This document shows positions 52,617 to 63,021 of a DNA stretch of 64,000 nt, piece after piece. Under the pieces are notes generated by a model. It was not told the DNA's origin, did no database searches, and was given only the letters and a program-made list of their open reading frames with translations. This DNA comes from an uncultured Actinomycetes bacterium. GTDB taxonomy: Bacteria > Actinomycetota > Thermoleophilia > Gaiellales > Gaiellaceae. The stretch lies in contig CAWFDH010000005.1 of NCBI GenBank assembly GCA_963814525.1, positions 88,786 to 152,785 of the forward strand, given 5' to 3'. Position 1 is the first letter of the stretch. The number at the start of each line of letters is the position of its first letter. A program made the position numbers and the translations under genes.

Positions 52617-53537
52617 ACGATCGCCGGCCCCCCGAGTCGCCGGTCCTCTCGGCCGACACGCTCCTGCCGTTCTCGAAGGGCCTGATGGCGCGCGCGCTGA
52701 TGGGAACCGGGATCGCGCCCGAGCGCGCGTACGAGCTGGCGCGGTTCGTCGAGGTGGGCCTGAGCGTCGACCATCCCGACCTCGTCGCGCCCTCCGATTC
52801 CGTCTACGACGTCGCCGCCGCGGTTCTCGCCGAGCACGAGGACGAGGGCGCGGTCCGCCGCCTGCGCCGCTACCAGCGCCTCCAGGAGGTCGAGTCGCCG
52901 CTCGTCCTGCTCGTCGGCGGCGCGACCGGAACCGGGAAGTCGACGATCACGACCGAGGTCGCCCACCGGCTCGGGATCAACCGCGTCACGTCGACCGACT
53001 TCGTGCGCCAGACGATGCGGGCGTTCTTCTCCGAGGCGTTCATGCCGTCGATCCACTACTCGAGCTTCGAGGCCGGCGCCGCGGTCGTCAGCCGCGACGA
53101 CGATCGGGACGCGGCCAACATCCGCGGCTTCCTCGAGCAGACGCGCAACGTGCTCGTCGGCGTACGCGCGAGCGTGGAGCGAGCGCTGACCGAGGGCCAC
53201 TCGATGGCGATCGAGGGCGTCCATCTCGTGCCCGGCCTCGTGCCGAACGCAGATCGAGGGCGCGATCGTCTGCCAGTGCGTGATCGCCATCCCGGACGAG
53301 GAGGCGCACGCGCGCCACTTCTATGTCCGCGAGCTCGACTCCGACGGCCTTCGCCCGGTGCAGAAGTACCTCGACGCGCTCCCGGAGATCCGCCGGATCC
53401 AGGATCTGCTCATCGAGCGCGCCGTCGAAGCCGGCGTGCCCGTGATCGACAACGGTGACCGCGAGCAGGCGGTCGACGCGGTGCTCCAGCTCGTCCTCGA
53501 CACGTTCGAGCGCGTGAGCCCGCCGGTGCGAGCATGA
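52613..53537 (+). CDS. 2-phosphoglycerate kinase-like protein (one frameshift near 53245)
   Basis: N-terminal LLPFSKGLMARAL domain, Walker A GGATGTGKST, and TSTDFVRQTMR in ORF 52613..53458. The C-terminus is in ORF 53280..53537. It has ATGA overlaps on both sides. Confidence 0.76.
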
Positions 53538-54490
53538 CCACCTTCCGTTGCGAGGCGTTCGCGGGCGTGACCGAGCGCGCCGCGGTCGCCGCGGGCCGCT
53601 GGCTCGGGCGCGGCGACGTCGCGGGCGCGGAGGAAGCCGCGGCACTCGCCATGCGCCAGGCGCTCGACACGCTGCCCATCGAAGGCCGCGTGATGGTCGG
53701 CACCGAGTCCGACGACCACCCGCTCAGCATCGGGACGGTGGTGGGCGCGGGCGGCGACTCCGTCGATCTCGCGGTCGATCCGGTCGAGGGCGCAACCGTG
53801 GTCGCGCGCGGCGACGTGGGGGCGATGTCGATGCTGGCCGTCGGCGACGCGGGCTCGTTCCCGCGGCTCCCGAACATGTACATGCGGAAGATGGCCGTCG
53901 GCCCGACCGCGCGCGGTCGGATCGACCTCTCGCTGCCGGTCGGCGACAACGTGCGCGCGATCGCCGAGGCGTTCGGCCGCAACGTCGAGGACATCACGAC
54001 GATCGTGCTCGACCGCCCGCGCCACGAGGATCTCGTCGAGGAGCTCCGCGAGGCCGGCGCGCGGATCAAGCTGATTCCGGACGGCGACGTGACCGCGACG
54101 ATCAGCGCCGCGATCCGCGGGACGAACGACCACTTCGCGATCGGCATCGGCGGTGCGCGGCAGGCCGTCATCGCCGCCGCGGCGCTGCGCTGCCTCGGCG
54201 GCGAGCTCCAGGCGCAGCTCTGGCCGGTGACGCGCACCGAGATCACGCAGGCCGCGGAGTTCGGCATCGACGACGTCGAGCGCGTCTTCACGACCGACGA
54301 GCTCGCGCCCGGCGAGGTCGTGGTCGCCGCGACCGGCGTCTCGAACTCGGATCTCCTGCGCGGCGTGCGCTACTTCGCCGACAGCGCCCGGACGCAGTCG
54401 GTCGTCATGTGCACGCGCCACAACTGGGTCAAGTTCATCGACGGCATCCACTTCTTCGCCCGCGAGCGGCGCGAAGAGGTGCGTCTCTAG
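53534..54490 (+). CDS. divergent GlpX-family (class II FBPase-like) phosphatase paralog
   Basis: Intact 318-aa ORF. It retains GRGD, DPVEGA and DGDV, but has VGTESDDHPL and GIGGARQAV where glpX at 18194 has [11 protein letters not shown] and GIGGTPEGV. Confidence 0.8.
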   Translation: MTTFRCEAFAGVTERAAVAAGRWLGRGDVAGAEEAAALAMRQALDTLPIEGRVMVGTESDDHPLSIGTVVGAGGDSVDLAVDPVEGATVVARGDVGAMSMLAVGDAGSFPRLPNMYMRKMAVGPTARGRIDLSLPVGDNVRAIAEAFGRNVEDITTIVLDRPRHEDLVEELREAGARIKLIPDGDVTATISAAIRGTNDHFAIGIGGARQAVIAAAALRCLGGELQAQLWPVTRTEITQAAEFGIDDVERVFTTDELAPGEVVVAATGVSNSDLLRGVRYFADSARTQSVVMCTRHNWVKFIDGIHFFARERREEVRL

Positions 54491-54501
54491 ACTTCCAGGG
54501 A

Positions 54502-54801
54502 ATGCCTACGCGGGAACAGATCATCGACGCGCTGCGGGTCGTCGAAGACCCGGAGCTCGGCATGGACATCGTCGAGCTCGGCCTCCTCTACGACGTCGAG
54601 GTCGACGAGGGCAAGGTCAAGGCGATCTACTCGCTGACCTCCATGGGCTGCCCCGTCGGCCCGATGATCGAGCAGGAGATCCAGGAGACGGTCGCGTCCA
54701 TGGACGGCGTCGACGAGGCGATCGCCGAGCTCACGTGGGACCCGCCGTGGTCTCCGGAGAAGATGTCGGACGACGCGAAGTTCATCCTCGGCTTCGGGTA
54801 G
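54502..54801 (+). CDS. DUF59/SufT-type metal-sulfur cluster assembly factor
   Basis: 99 aa from ATG 54502: VEDPELGMDIVELGLLYDV...TSMGCPVGPMI... Confidence 0.8.
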   Translation: MPTREQIIDALRVVEDPELGMDIVELGLLYDVEVDEGKVKAIYSLTSMGCPVGPMIEQEIQETVASMDGVDEAIAELTWDPPWSPEKMSDDAKFILGFG

Positions 54802-54862
54802 CAACGGGAACCTTTCCGCCGGACGCGGTGTAGACGCGGAAACGATCACCAGGAGGCCCGCC

Positions 54863-55444
54863 ATGCGCCCCGCCGTTCTTCTCACCGTCGTCGTCACCGC
54901 ACTCGTCCTCGCCGCCGAGGCTTCGGCCGGTTGCTTCGCGACCGCGGGCCTCACCGCGCCTCCGGCCACCGTCGGCCCGGGCGACACCTGGAACGCGCTG
55001 ATCACCGTGAAGCAGCACGGAACACGCCCGATTCCCGACGCCAAGCCGACGCTCACGATCCAGGGCGAGAACGGAGCGACCAAGACGTTCGCCGCGAAGC
55101 CGACGGACACGGTCGGCGTGTACGCCGCTTCGGTCGTGTTCCCCTCCGCCGGGCAGTGGAGCTACGTGGTGGACGACGGGTTCGTGGACTCAGGCGGCGG
55201 CCAGTCCTGGGACTGCTCGACGACGCATACGTTCGCTGCGGTCACGATCGGCGGAACCGGCTCGTCCGGTCCGGCTGCCGGCGATCCCGCCGCCGCTCCG
55301 TCCGTGGAGCCGGCGTCGGCAACCGACGACGGCGGCGTCGCGAGCCTCGCGATCGTCCTGGTCGTCGCAGCCGTGGTAGCGCTCGCGGCCGCACTGGGCG
55401 TCGCCCTGGCGCGCCGTTCGGCCCGCCGCCACGCTCGGGCCTAG
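54863..55444 (+). CDS. secreted Ig-like-domain protein with a C-terminal TM anchor, function unknown
   Basis: Signal peptide (VVVTALVLAAEASA), a beta-rich domain of about 110 aa, a Pro/Ala linker, and a TM helix followed by a basic tail (ARRSARRHARA). Confidence 0.5.
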   Translation: MRPAVLLTVVVTALVLAAEASAGCFATAGLTAPPATVGPGDTWNALITVKQHGTRPIPDAKPTLTIQGENGATKTFAAKPTDTVGVYAASVVFPSAGQWSYVVDDGFVDSGGGQSWDCSTTHTFAAVTIGGTGSSGPAAGDPAAAPSVEPASATDDGGVASLAIVLVVAAVVALAAALGVALARRSARRHARA

Positions 55445-56419
55445 ATCGCGATCGAGGACGACCTTGCCGAGCTGCTCGCCCGACTCGAGGCGCGCGTGAG
55501 CAGCTCGGACGTCGTCCAGCGGGAACACCTGATCCACGATCGGCTTCGCGCGACCTGAGGCCACGAGATCCAGCATCGCCGCGAAGTCCTCGCGCGTGCC
55601 CATCGTCGAGCCGAGGATCGAGAGCTGCTTCCAGAAGATCCGGTGGAGCTGCGCCGGCGGATTCGGGCCCGACGTGGCGCCGCACACGACGATGCGGCCG
55701 CCCGTGCGCGCCGCCTGGAGGGAGCCCTTCCAGGTCGCTTCGCCGACGTGCTCGATCACCACGTCGACGCCGGTGCCGTCCGTCAGCTCGCGGACGAGCC
55801 CGATCACGTCGCCGTCGGTTCTCACCACCGCGTCGGCGCCCAGCTCGGTCGCGCGCTCGAGCTTCGCGTCGTCCGTGGACGTCGCGAGCACCTTGCCTCC
55901 CAGCGCCTTCGCCATGGCCAGCGCGGCCGTCCCGACGCCCGAGCCGACGCCCCACACGAGCACCCATTCGCCCTCGCGCAGGCCCGCGCGCGTGGCCAGC
56001 ATCCGGTAGGCGGTCATGAACACGAGCGGGAACGCGGCCGCCTCCTCGAACGAGAGCCCGTCCGGGATCGGGTGCACGTACTCGGCCGGGATCGCGATCA
56101 GCTCCGCGTGCGTGCCGTCCATGTGCTCGCCCACGATCTGCGACCCGTCCGCGAGGCCGGGATTGATCAGCACGCGGTCGCCGACCTCGAATCCGGAGAC
56201 CTCCGAGCCGAGCGCCGCGACGACCCCTGAGCCGTCCGCACCGAGGATCCGAGGCTTCGGGACGGAGGGCAGTCCCTGCCGGATCCAGACGTCCAGGTGG
56301 TTCAGCGACGCGGCGCGAAGACCGATCAGCACCTCGTCGGGAGCGGGCTCCGGGTCGGGAACGTCCTCGACGACGAGGACCTCGGGACCGCCGTCCTCGT
56401 GAATCCGGACGGCCTTCAT
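55441..56419 (-). CDS. zinc-type alcohol dehydrogenase / quinone oxidoreductase (MDR family); 3' end probably shifted
   Basis: From ATG 56419: LNHLDVW, GADGSGVV, GVGSGVGTAA. As assembled, the ORF reads on to 55190. A 1-nt correction ends it at ...GKVVL.IAI-stop (55441). Confidence 0.82.
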
Positions 56420-56451
56420 TGCGCTTGGCGTCTACAGTTTCGCACGGGGGA

Positions 56452-57465
56452 ATGCCGAGAATACTCACGCAGGCCGAACTGACGCGGCTGGCGGAATCGC
56501 TGGGGATCGACGCGATCGGCGCCGCACCGGCGGAGCCCTACGACGAGACCGAGCAGCACATCCGCGACCGGCGTCAGCGCGGGCTCTTCGCAGACATGCG
56601 GTTCACGATGTCGAAACCCGAGGTCTCGTGCCATCCCGAGCGGCTCTTTCCCGAGGCGCGCACCGTCGTGTCCGCCGCGCTCGGCTACTACGCGCCCGCC
56701 GCCGATCCGCGGCCCGGAGAGGGAAAGCTCCCGCGCTACACCTGGAGCCACGCCTACGCGGCGCTGCGCGAGCGGCTCGAGGAGCTCGGCCGCGAGCTCG
56801 GCGGCAAGCACCGGGTGCTCGTGGACGAGAACCAGCACGTCGATCGCGAGGGCGCGGCGCGGGCAGGTGTCGGGTTCTACGGCAAGAACACGCTTCTCAT
56901 CACACGTCGCTACGGATCATGGGTCGTTCTCGGCACGCTCGTGACCGAAACGGAAATCGAATCGAGCTCCCCGCTCGACCTCAATTGCGGGTCGTGCCGG
57001 CTCTGTATCGACGCCTGCCCGACGGACGCCCTCGACGAGCCCGGCGTGCTCGACTCGACGCTCTGCCTCTCCTACTGGACGCAGGCGCCCGGCTCGATCC
57101 CCGAGGACTTCCGCGCCGCGCTCGGCGACCAGGTGTACGGCTGCGACATCTGCCAGGACGTCTGCCCGTGGAACCGGGGGATCGAGAAGCGCCGCTCGGA
57201 CGCGAGCGTGCCCGAGGCCGCCGAGCCCGTCGTCTCGCTCGCCGACTGGCTCGAGGCGCCCGACGACGAGCTCCGCGAGCGCTACGACCGCCTCTACTTC
57301 CCGAAGAACGACCCGCGCTACCTGCGCCGCAACGCGCTCGTCGCCGCGGGGAACTCCGGCGATTCCCGGCTCGTGCCGCTCGTGCGGCGCTACGCCGACG
57401 CGGAGGACGAGCTCCTGCGCGAGCACGCGGCCTGGGCCGCAGAGCGACTGGCGGGGCCGGCATGA
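56452..57465 (+). CDS. queG: epoxyqueuosine reductase
   Basis: From ATG 56452: two 4Fe-4S motifs (CGSCRLCIDACP, CDICQDVCPWN) and a C-terminal HEAT-like repeat (RNALVAAGNSGD). Confidence 0.88.
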   Translation: MPRILTQAELTRLAESLGIDAIGAAPAEPYDETEQHIRDRRQRGLFADMRFTMSKPEVSCHPERLFPEARTVVSAALGYYAPAADPRPGEGKLPRYTWSHAYAALRERLEELGRELGGKHRVLVDENQHVDREGAARAGVGFYGKNTLLITRRYGSWVVLGTLVTETEIESSSPLDLNCGSCRLCIDACPTDALDEPGVLDSTLCLSYWTQAPGSIPEDFRAALGDQVYGCDICQDVCPWNRGIEKRRSDASVPEAAEPVVSLADWLEAPDDELRERYDRLYFPKNDPRYLRRNALVAAGNSGDSRLVPLVRRYADAEDELLREHAAWAAERLAGPA

Positions 57466-59259
57466 ACGAGCGCCAGCGCGCACAGGAGATGTGGATCGCG
57501 TACGCGCGGCTCCTCGCCGTCATCTTCGCCGCGATCCAGGTCCTGATCGTCCCGTACGACGAGCCCGGCCGCAGCCTCAACTCGGGCGTGGCCATCACGG
57601 CGATCCTCGCCGTCGGCGGCGTCATCTTCCTGTTCCTCGCGCGCCGGCGATCTGAGCACCGCGGACGCGAACGCTTCTCGGGATGGTCGCGCTGATCTTC
57701 GACACGGCGATCATCTACGCGTACGTCTTCACGCACGCGTTCTCGCCGGGCACGTCCGCGAGCCGGCTGCTCGTCCTCGCCGTGATCGAGGCCGCGGTGC
57801 GCTACGGCGTCGCCGGCGCCGTCTGGATGACCGTCGCCAACATCCCGCTGCTCGCCGCCGTCGAGTACGACCGCGCGGGCTCGGTGAACGGGTTCGAGAT
57901 CCGCAACGTGACGCTGACGCTCGGGATCCAGCTGATCGCCGGGCCTCGTCGTCGGCGGCCTCACCCGGCAGCTCCACGGCGAGTCCCAGCGGGCGGAGGC
58001 CCGCGCGGCCGAGGCGGAACTGCTTGCGCGACGAGATCGGACGTCACGCCGACCGGCTGGAGGTCGCGAACCGCTGCGCCCGCGCGCTGGCGTCGTCGCT
58101 CGACATGAAGGAGAGCTTCCAGACCTTCGCGCGCGAGCTGAAGACGTCGTTCGCGTACGACCGGATCGCGCTCGTCCTCGCCGACCACGGCCGGGCCACG
58201 GTGGTCGCCGACGACGGCGTCGGCGCCGACGACGGCCGCAGTCCCTGGACGATGCCGCTCGACGACAGCGCGCTCGGCGAGGTCGTCCGCACCGGCCAGA
58301 CGCACGTGCGCGCCGACCTCAAGGAAGGCGCGCGCTACGCGGAGGAGGAGCAGCTCGCCGCGATCGGCATGCGGTCGCGCGTGATCGCGCCGCTCGCCAT
58401 CGCCGGGAAGCCGCTCGGCGTCATCTCCGTCTCGCGCCGCGAGGCCGACTCGTTCACGCGCGACGACATCGACCTGCTCACGCTGCTCGGCCGCCAGCTC
58501 GCGACCGCCGTCGAGAACATCCGCGCCTTCGAGGCCGAGCGCGCCGCCGCCGAGGAGCTGCGCCGGCTCTCCGCCCTGCGCGCCGACTTCGTCTCGCTCG
58601 TGACGCACGAGCTGCGCGGGCCGATGGCTTCGGTCGTCGGCTGCGCGGCCACGCTTGCGCCAGCGCTGGCGCACGCTGAACGAGGGCCAGCGCGAGTCGT
58701 TCCTCGCGCTGATCGAGGAGGAGACCTCGAGGCTCGCAGCGCTCGTCGGGCGACGTGCTCGACACGTCGCGGCTCGAGGCCGGCACGTTCACCTACGCGT
58801 TCACGGACGTGGACGTCGAGGCGCTCGTCCGCGAGGTCGCCGCCGTGGTCGACCTCGGGCACGAGGAGGTCGCGATCCGCACGCACGTCCCCGGCCCGCT
58901 GCCGGCGGTGCGCGGCGACCGCGAGCGGATCCGCCAGGTCGTCATGAACCTGCTCACGAACGCGGTCAAGTACACGGTCGTGGGCGACGAGGTCGAGGTG
59001 CTCGCGCGCGTGCGACAACGGCTCCGTCGCCGTCAGCGTGAGCGACCACGGGCCCGGGATCTCCGCCGAGGAGCAGCGTGTGATCTTCGAGAAGTTCGGC
59101 CGCGCCGCGAACGCCGGCTCGAGCTCCACCCCCGGCGCCGGGCTCGGGCTCTTCATCGCCCGCTCGATCACCGAGGCGCACGGCGGCTCGCTCGAGGTGG
59201 AGTCGCAGCCCGGTCAGGGCGCGACGTTCACCGTCCGCCTGCCCGTCAGCGCTTCGTAA
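57462..59259 (+). pseudogene. membrane GAF-domain sensor histidine kinase, at least 6 frame changes; no adjacent response regulator
   Basis: TM region (ORFs 56628..57695 tail and 57683..58108). GAF domain and H-box FVSLVTHELRGPM (ORF 58024..58947). N-box (NLLTNAVKYT, ORF 58755..59363). G-boxes (DHGPGIS, GAGLGLFIA, ORF 59038..59259). ATGA overlap with queG. Confidence 0.75.
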
Positions 59260-61266
59260 CGACGCGACGCTTCTTCGTCAGCGTCTTCTGGAGGGCGCGC
59301 GCCCGCTTGGCGACGGCCTCCCGCAGCTCGGGCGGGTCGATCACGACGGCCGTGCCCCGGTAGGACAGGATCTCGCCGACGAGCCACTCGACGCTGCCGT
59401 GGCGCATCTCCTCGAGCGCGGTTCCGTCCGAGAGCTCCTGCGCGCCGCGCTCGATCCGCCAGGGGGCGATCACCTTGCGGAAGAGGACGCGCGCGGTGCG
59501 GACGTCGCTGAGCTTCGTCGGCTCGAGGTCGGGCCGCGGCTCGAAGGTCTCGCCGAGCGGACGGACGGCGCGCATGCGGTCGATGCGGAACGAGCGCTGC
59601 GCATCCCGCGAGCGGTCCCAGCGAGTGGACGTACCACCAGGGCAGCTCGCGCTCGAGCGCATGCGGCTCGATCGTGCGCACGCTCGGCTCCTGAGCGCCG
59701 ACGGCCAGGTACTCGATCTCGACGAGCGGTCCGGTTCTCGATCGCGTCCGAGATGGCGCGGACGAGCTCCTCCTCCTCGGTCGGCGGCTCCGGCTCGGGC
59801 GCGTCCTCGGTGACCTCGAACTCGCCGAAGGTCTCCTCGAGCTTGCGCCGCACGCGGTCGAGCGGCGTGTGCGCCTCGGCGGCGATCATCGGCCCGACGA
59901 ACTCGAGCGCCAGGCGGATCGCCCGCGCCTCCATGGGTGTGAGCCGTGGGGCGCGCCGGAACGTGTCGCCGAAGAGCTCCTTCTGGACACGCACCTCGTC
60001 GCCGACCCGCGAGGCGTAGACGGCGTAGCAGCCGCCCCCGAAGTTCACGAGGTTGAGGAGCGCGAGATGCTCGGCGAGCTGCTCGTCGGTGAGGTTGAAC
60101 CGCTCGGTCAGCTCCTCGGCGGGGATGACCGCGCGGATGCCGTCGCCGCAGCGGGCGAGCAGGTGCGCGAGCAGCGCCTGGAGGACGGCGAAGCGCTCGG
60201 GCGCAACCGGGCCGACCGGGCGCTCGATCGCCACTTCGTCCTCGGTCTCCTCGGCCGCCTTGGACACGCGCGGCGGCTTGCCCTCGTGGGAGTTCGCGAC
60301 GGCTTCGAGGCCCTTGGCGACCTCGTCCACGAGCTCGGGCGGCGACAGCGGCCGCGCGCGGCCGTCCTGGCGGAGCACCCATGACGCGAGCCGCTTGAGG
60401 TCCGCGTACGGCGTCCGGAAGACGTCGTCCTCGACCTGGCCGCGGCCCACGGTGCGCTCGACCCACCAGGCGGTGTCGGCGTCGAGCTCGATCTCCGCCT
60501 CGCCCTTCAGGTTGCCGAACTGCCATTGCTGACGGCCGCGGAAGGCGGACGGGTCGAAGTCGTCCGGCGGGCGGAAGTCGCGCTCGCGCCTCGTTGCGAA
60601 GCGGATGTCTCCGCGCACGCGGGAGACCCGGAACGTGCGCAGGTCGTTCTTGTCCAGGTCGAGCCCGATCAGGTACCACGAGCCCTGCTCGGGGAGGAGC
60701 GCGTACGGGTTGACCGTGCGCTCGGCCTCGGCGTTGCGCGTGATCGTCCAGTAGCGGAACTTGATCGTGCGCTGCTTCGAGATCGCGTTCTCGAGCTTCG
60801 TCAGCCGCCCGGACATCTCGACGGAGTAGTCGGGATCGCTCACGGTGACGCGGCGGCCGGCCTCGGAGAGCTCCTCGTCGGCGCCGGGCCGGCCGAGCGC
60901 GAGGTTCTGGAGCGCGAGCCGCAGCGGCTCGGCGTAGGCGAACTTCCCCTCGAGCAGGTAGAGCGCCGTCTGGAGCGCGGCCAGCTCGTCCTCCTCCAGC
61001 TGGAGCTCGGGGAGGAAGTACTGCTCGGAGCGCAGCGTGTAGAGCTCCTCCCCGGTGAACTCGTCGCGCTGCGAGTGGAGCGGGACACCGAGGGCGACCA
61101 GCTCCGCGCGGTCGGAGTAGAAGCGGCGCGCGAAGGCCTCGTCGGACATCTCCGAGTAGCCCTCGACGTTCGACTTCACGTCCCGCGCGGTGATCGGCCG
61201 GCGCTCCGCCATGAGGAAGGCGACGAGCGAGAGTTGGCGGATGAGCTTGTCGGTGTCGTGTGAGAT
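59246..61266 (-). CDS. pafBC: fused PafB-PafC-like tandem HTH-WYL transcriptional regulator (at least 2 frameshifts in the C-terminal half; start unresolved)
   Basis: First module: KLIRQLSLVAFLMAERRPITARDV (wHTH) ... GSWYLIGLDLDKNDLRTFRVSRV (WYL). Second module, with no intervening stop: ERFAVLQALLAHLL...EELTERFNLTDEQL ... LPWWYVHSWDRSRDAQRSFRIDRM. Homology extends upstream of the first listed start (61212), but no ATG/GTG/TTG exists there. Confidence 0.72.
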
Positions 61267-61314
61267 GGCGTTACCCTGGGCGGTCCGGCGCGGCTCCTAT
61301 TCTGACCGGTCCGC

Positions 61315-62373
61315 GTGATCGTCGCTCACCTAGATCTGGACGCGTTCTTCGCCGCAGTCGAGGAGCTCGAGCAACCCGAGCTTGCCTCCCGTCCGCTGGT
61401 GGTCGGCGGGGACCCGCACGGCCGCGGCGTCGTTGCGACCGCGAATTACGTTGCGCGCGCCTACGGTATCCATTCCGCGATGAGTTGCGCCGAGGCGAAG
61501 CGGCGCTGCCCGGAGGCGGTGTTCATCCCGCCGCGGCACCCGGTGTACCGCGACTGGTCGCGCCGGGTGTGGGCCGCGGTGCGCGAGGTCGTGCCCACGG
61601 TCGAGCGCACCGGGCTCGACGAGGGCTACCTCCAGGTGGACGAGGTCGTCTCGGATTTCCGGGAATCCCGTGCGGTCGCGCAGGCCGTGCAGGTCGCGGT
61701 TCGCGGCGCGACCGGGCTCACGTGCTCGCTCGGCGTCGGGACGTGCAAGGTGGTCGCCAAGGTGGCGAGCGACCGGCGCAAGCCCGGCGGGATCGTCGTC
61801 GTTCCCCCGGGCGGGGAGGCGGCGTTCCTCGCTCCGCTGGCGGTGCGCGTTCTTCCCGGGGTCGGCCCGAAGGCCGCGGAGCGGCTCGCGCCCGGCGGCA
61901 TCGACACGATCGGCAAGCTCGCCGCGCTCACCGACGACGAGCTCGCCGGGCTCCTGCCGGGCTCGACCGGCCGCCTGCTGCGCGACCGGGCGCGCGGCAT
62001 CGATCCGCGGCGTCTCGGCGAGCCGGTCGAGAACATCTCGCTGAGCCAGGAGGAGACGTTCGCGCGCGACATCGCCGACCGCGAGCGGCTCCACGAGGAG
62101 CTGGAGCGCATGTCGGAGCGGCTCTCGGAGATGCTCAGCGGCTCGGGCCGCTCGGCGCGCACCGTGACGACCAAGGTGCGCTATCCCGACTTCTCCATCC
62201 GCAGCCGCTCGCAGACGCTCGCCGTCGGAACCGACGAGGGCGACCGGATCGCCGAGCTCGCCTGCGCGCTCCTCGACCGCGCGCTCGCCGACCGCCCCGG
62301 CGCGCTGCGGCTCGTCGGCGTGACGGTTTCGAACCTCGAGTCGGCGGTACAGCTCCCGCTGGTGGCCGAGTGA
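61315..62373 (+). CDS. dinB: DNA polymerase IV (Y-family)
   Basis: Intact 352-aa ORF: HLDLDAFFAAVE, SLDEGYL-like DEGYLQV, and a little-finger domain. It is divergent from pafBC. Confidence 0.9.
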   Translation: MIVAHLDLDAFFAAVEELEQPELASRPLVVGGDPHGRGVVATANYVARAYGIHSAMSCAEAKRRCPEAVFIPPRHPVYRDWSRRVWAAVREVVPTVERTGLDEGYLQVDEVVSDFRESRAVAQAVQVAVRGATGLTCSLGVGTCKVVAKVASDRRKPGGIVVVPPGGEAAFLAPLAVRVLPGVGPKAAERLAPGGIDTIGKLAALTDDELAGLLPGSTGRLLRDRARGIDPRRLGEPVENISLSQEETFARDIADRERLHEELERMSERLSEMLSGSGRSARTVTTKVRYPDFSIRSRSQTLAVGTDEGDRIAELACALLDRALADRPGALRLVGVTVSNLESAVQLPLVAE

Positions 62374-63021
62374 GCCGGGAGACCTGGGACGACGTCGACC
62401 TCTGGGTCGGCGACGCGCTGATCGGCGACGACGACGCGCTCGACGACGCGCAGCGGGCGAGCGACGAGGCGGGGCTCCCGCAGATCGCCGTCTCGCCGCT
62501 CCAGGGGAAGATGCTCTACCTCCTGGCGCGCATGATTCGCGCTCGCTCGATCCTCGAGATCGGGACGCTCGGCGGCTACTCGACGATCTGGCTCGCGCGG
62601 GCGCTTCCCGAGGACGGGCGGCTCGTGTCGCTCGAGGTCGACGAGCGCTACGCGGAGGTCGCGCTGCGCAACGTCGCGCGCGCCGGGCTCGCCGACCGCG
62701 TCGACATCCGCGTCGGCCCGGCGCTCGAGACGCTCGCCGAGGTGGAGGCGCCGCTCGACTTCGTCTTCATCGACGCGGACAAGAAGTCGACGCCCGAGTA
62801 CTTCGCCCGTGCGCTCGAGCTGACGCGCATGGGCGGCGTGATCGTCGGCGACAACGTCGTCCGCGGCGGCGCGCTCCTCGAGGAGTCACGGGGACGAGGG
62901 CACGCGGGGCATGCGCAGCTTCGTCGAGCTCATGGGCGCCGAGCCGCGCGTCGAGGCGACGGTGATCCAGACCGTCGGCCTGAAGGGCTACGACGGCTTC
63001 GCGCTCGCGCGCGTCAAGTAG
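62370..63021 (+). CDS. class I SAM-dependent O-methyltransferase, caffeoyl-CoA OMT-like (one frameshift near 62890)
   Basis: GTGA overlap with dinB. Motifs ILEIGTLGGYS and FVFIDADK. The corrected C-terminus reads ...MRSFVELMGAEPRVEATVIQTVGLKGYDGFALARVK-stop. Confidence 0.8.
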
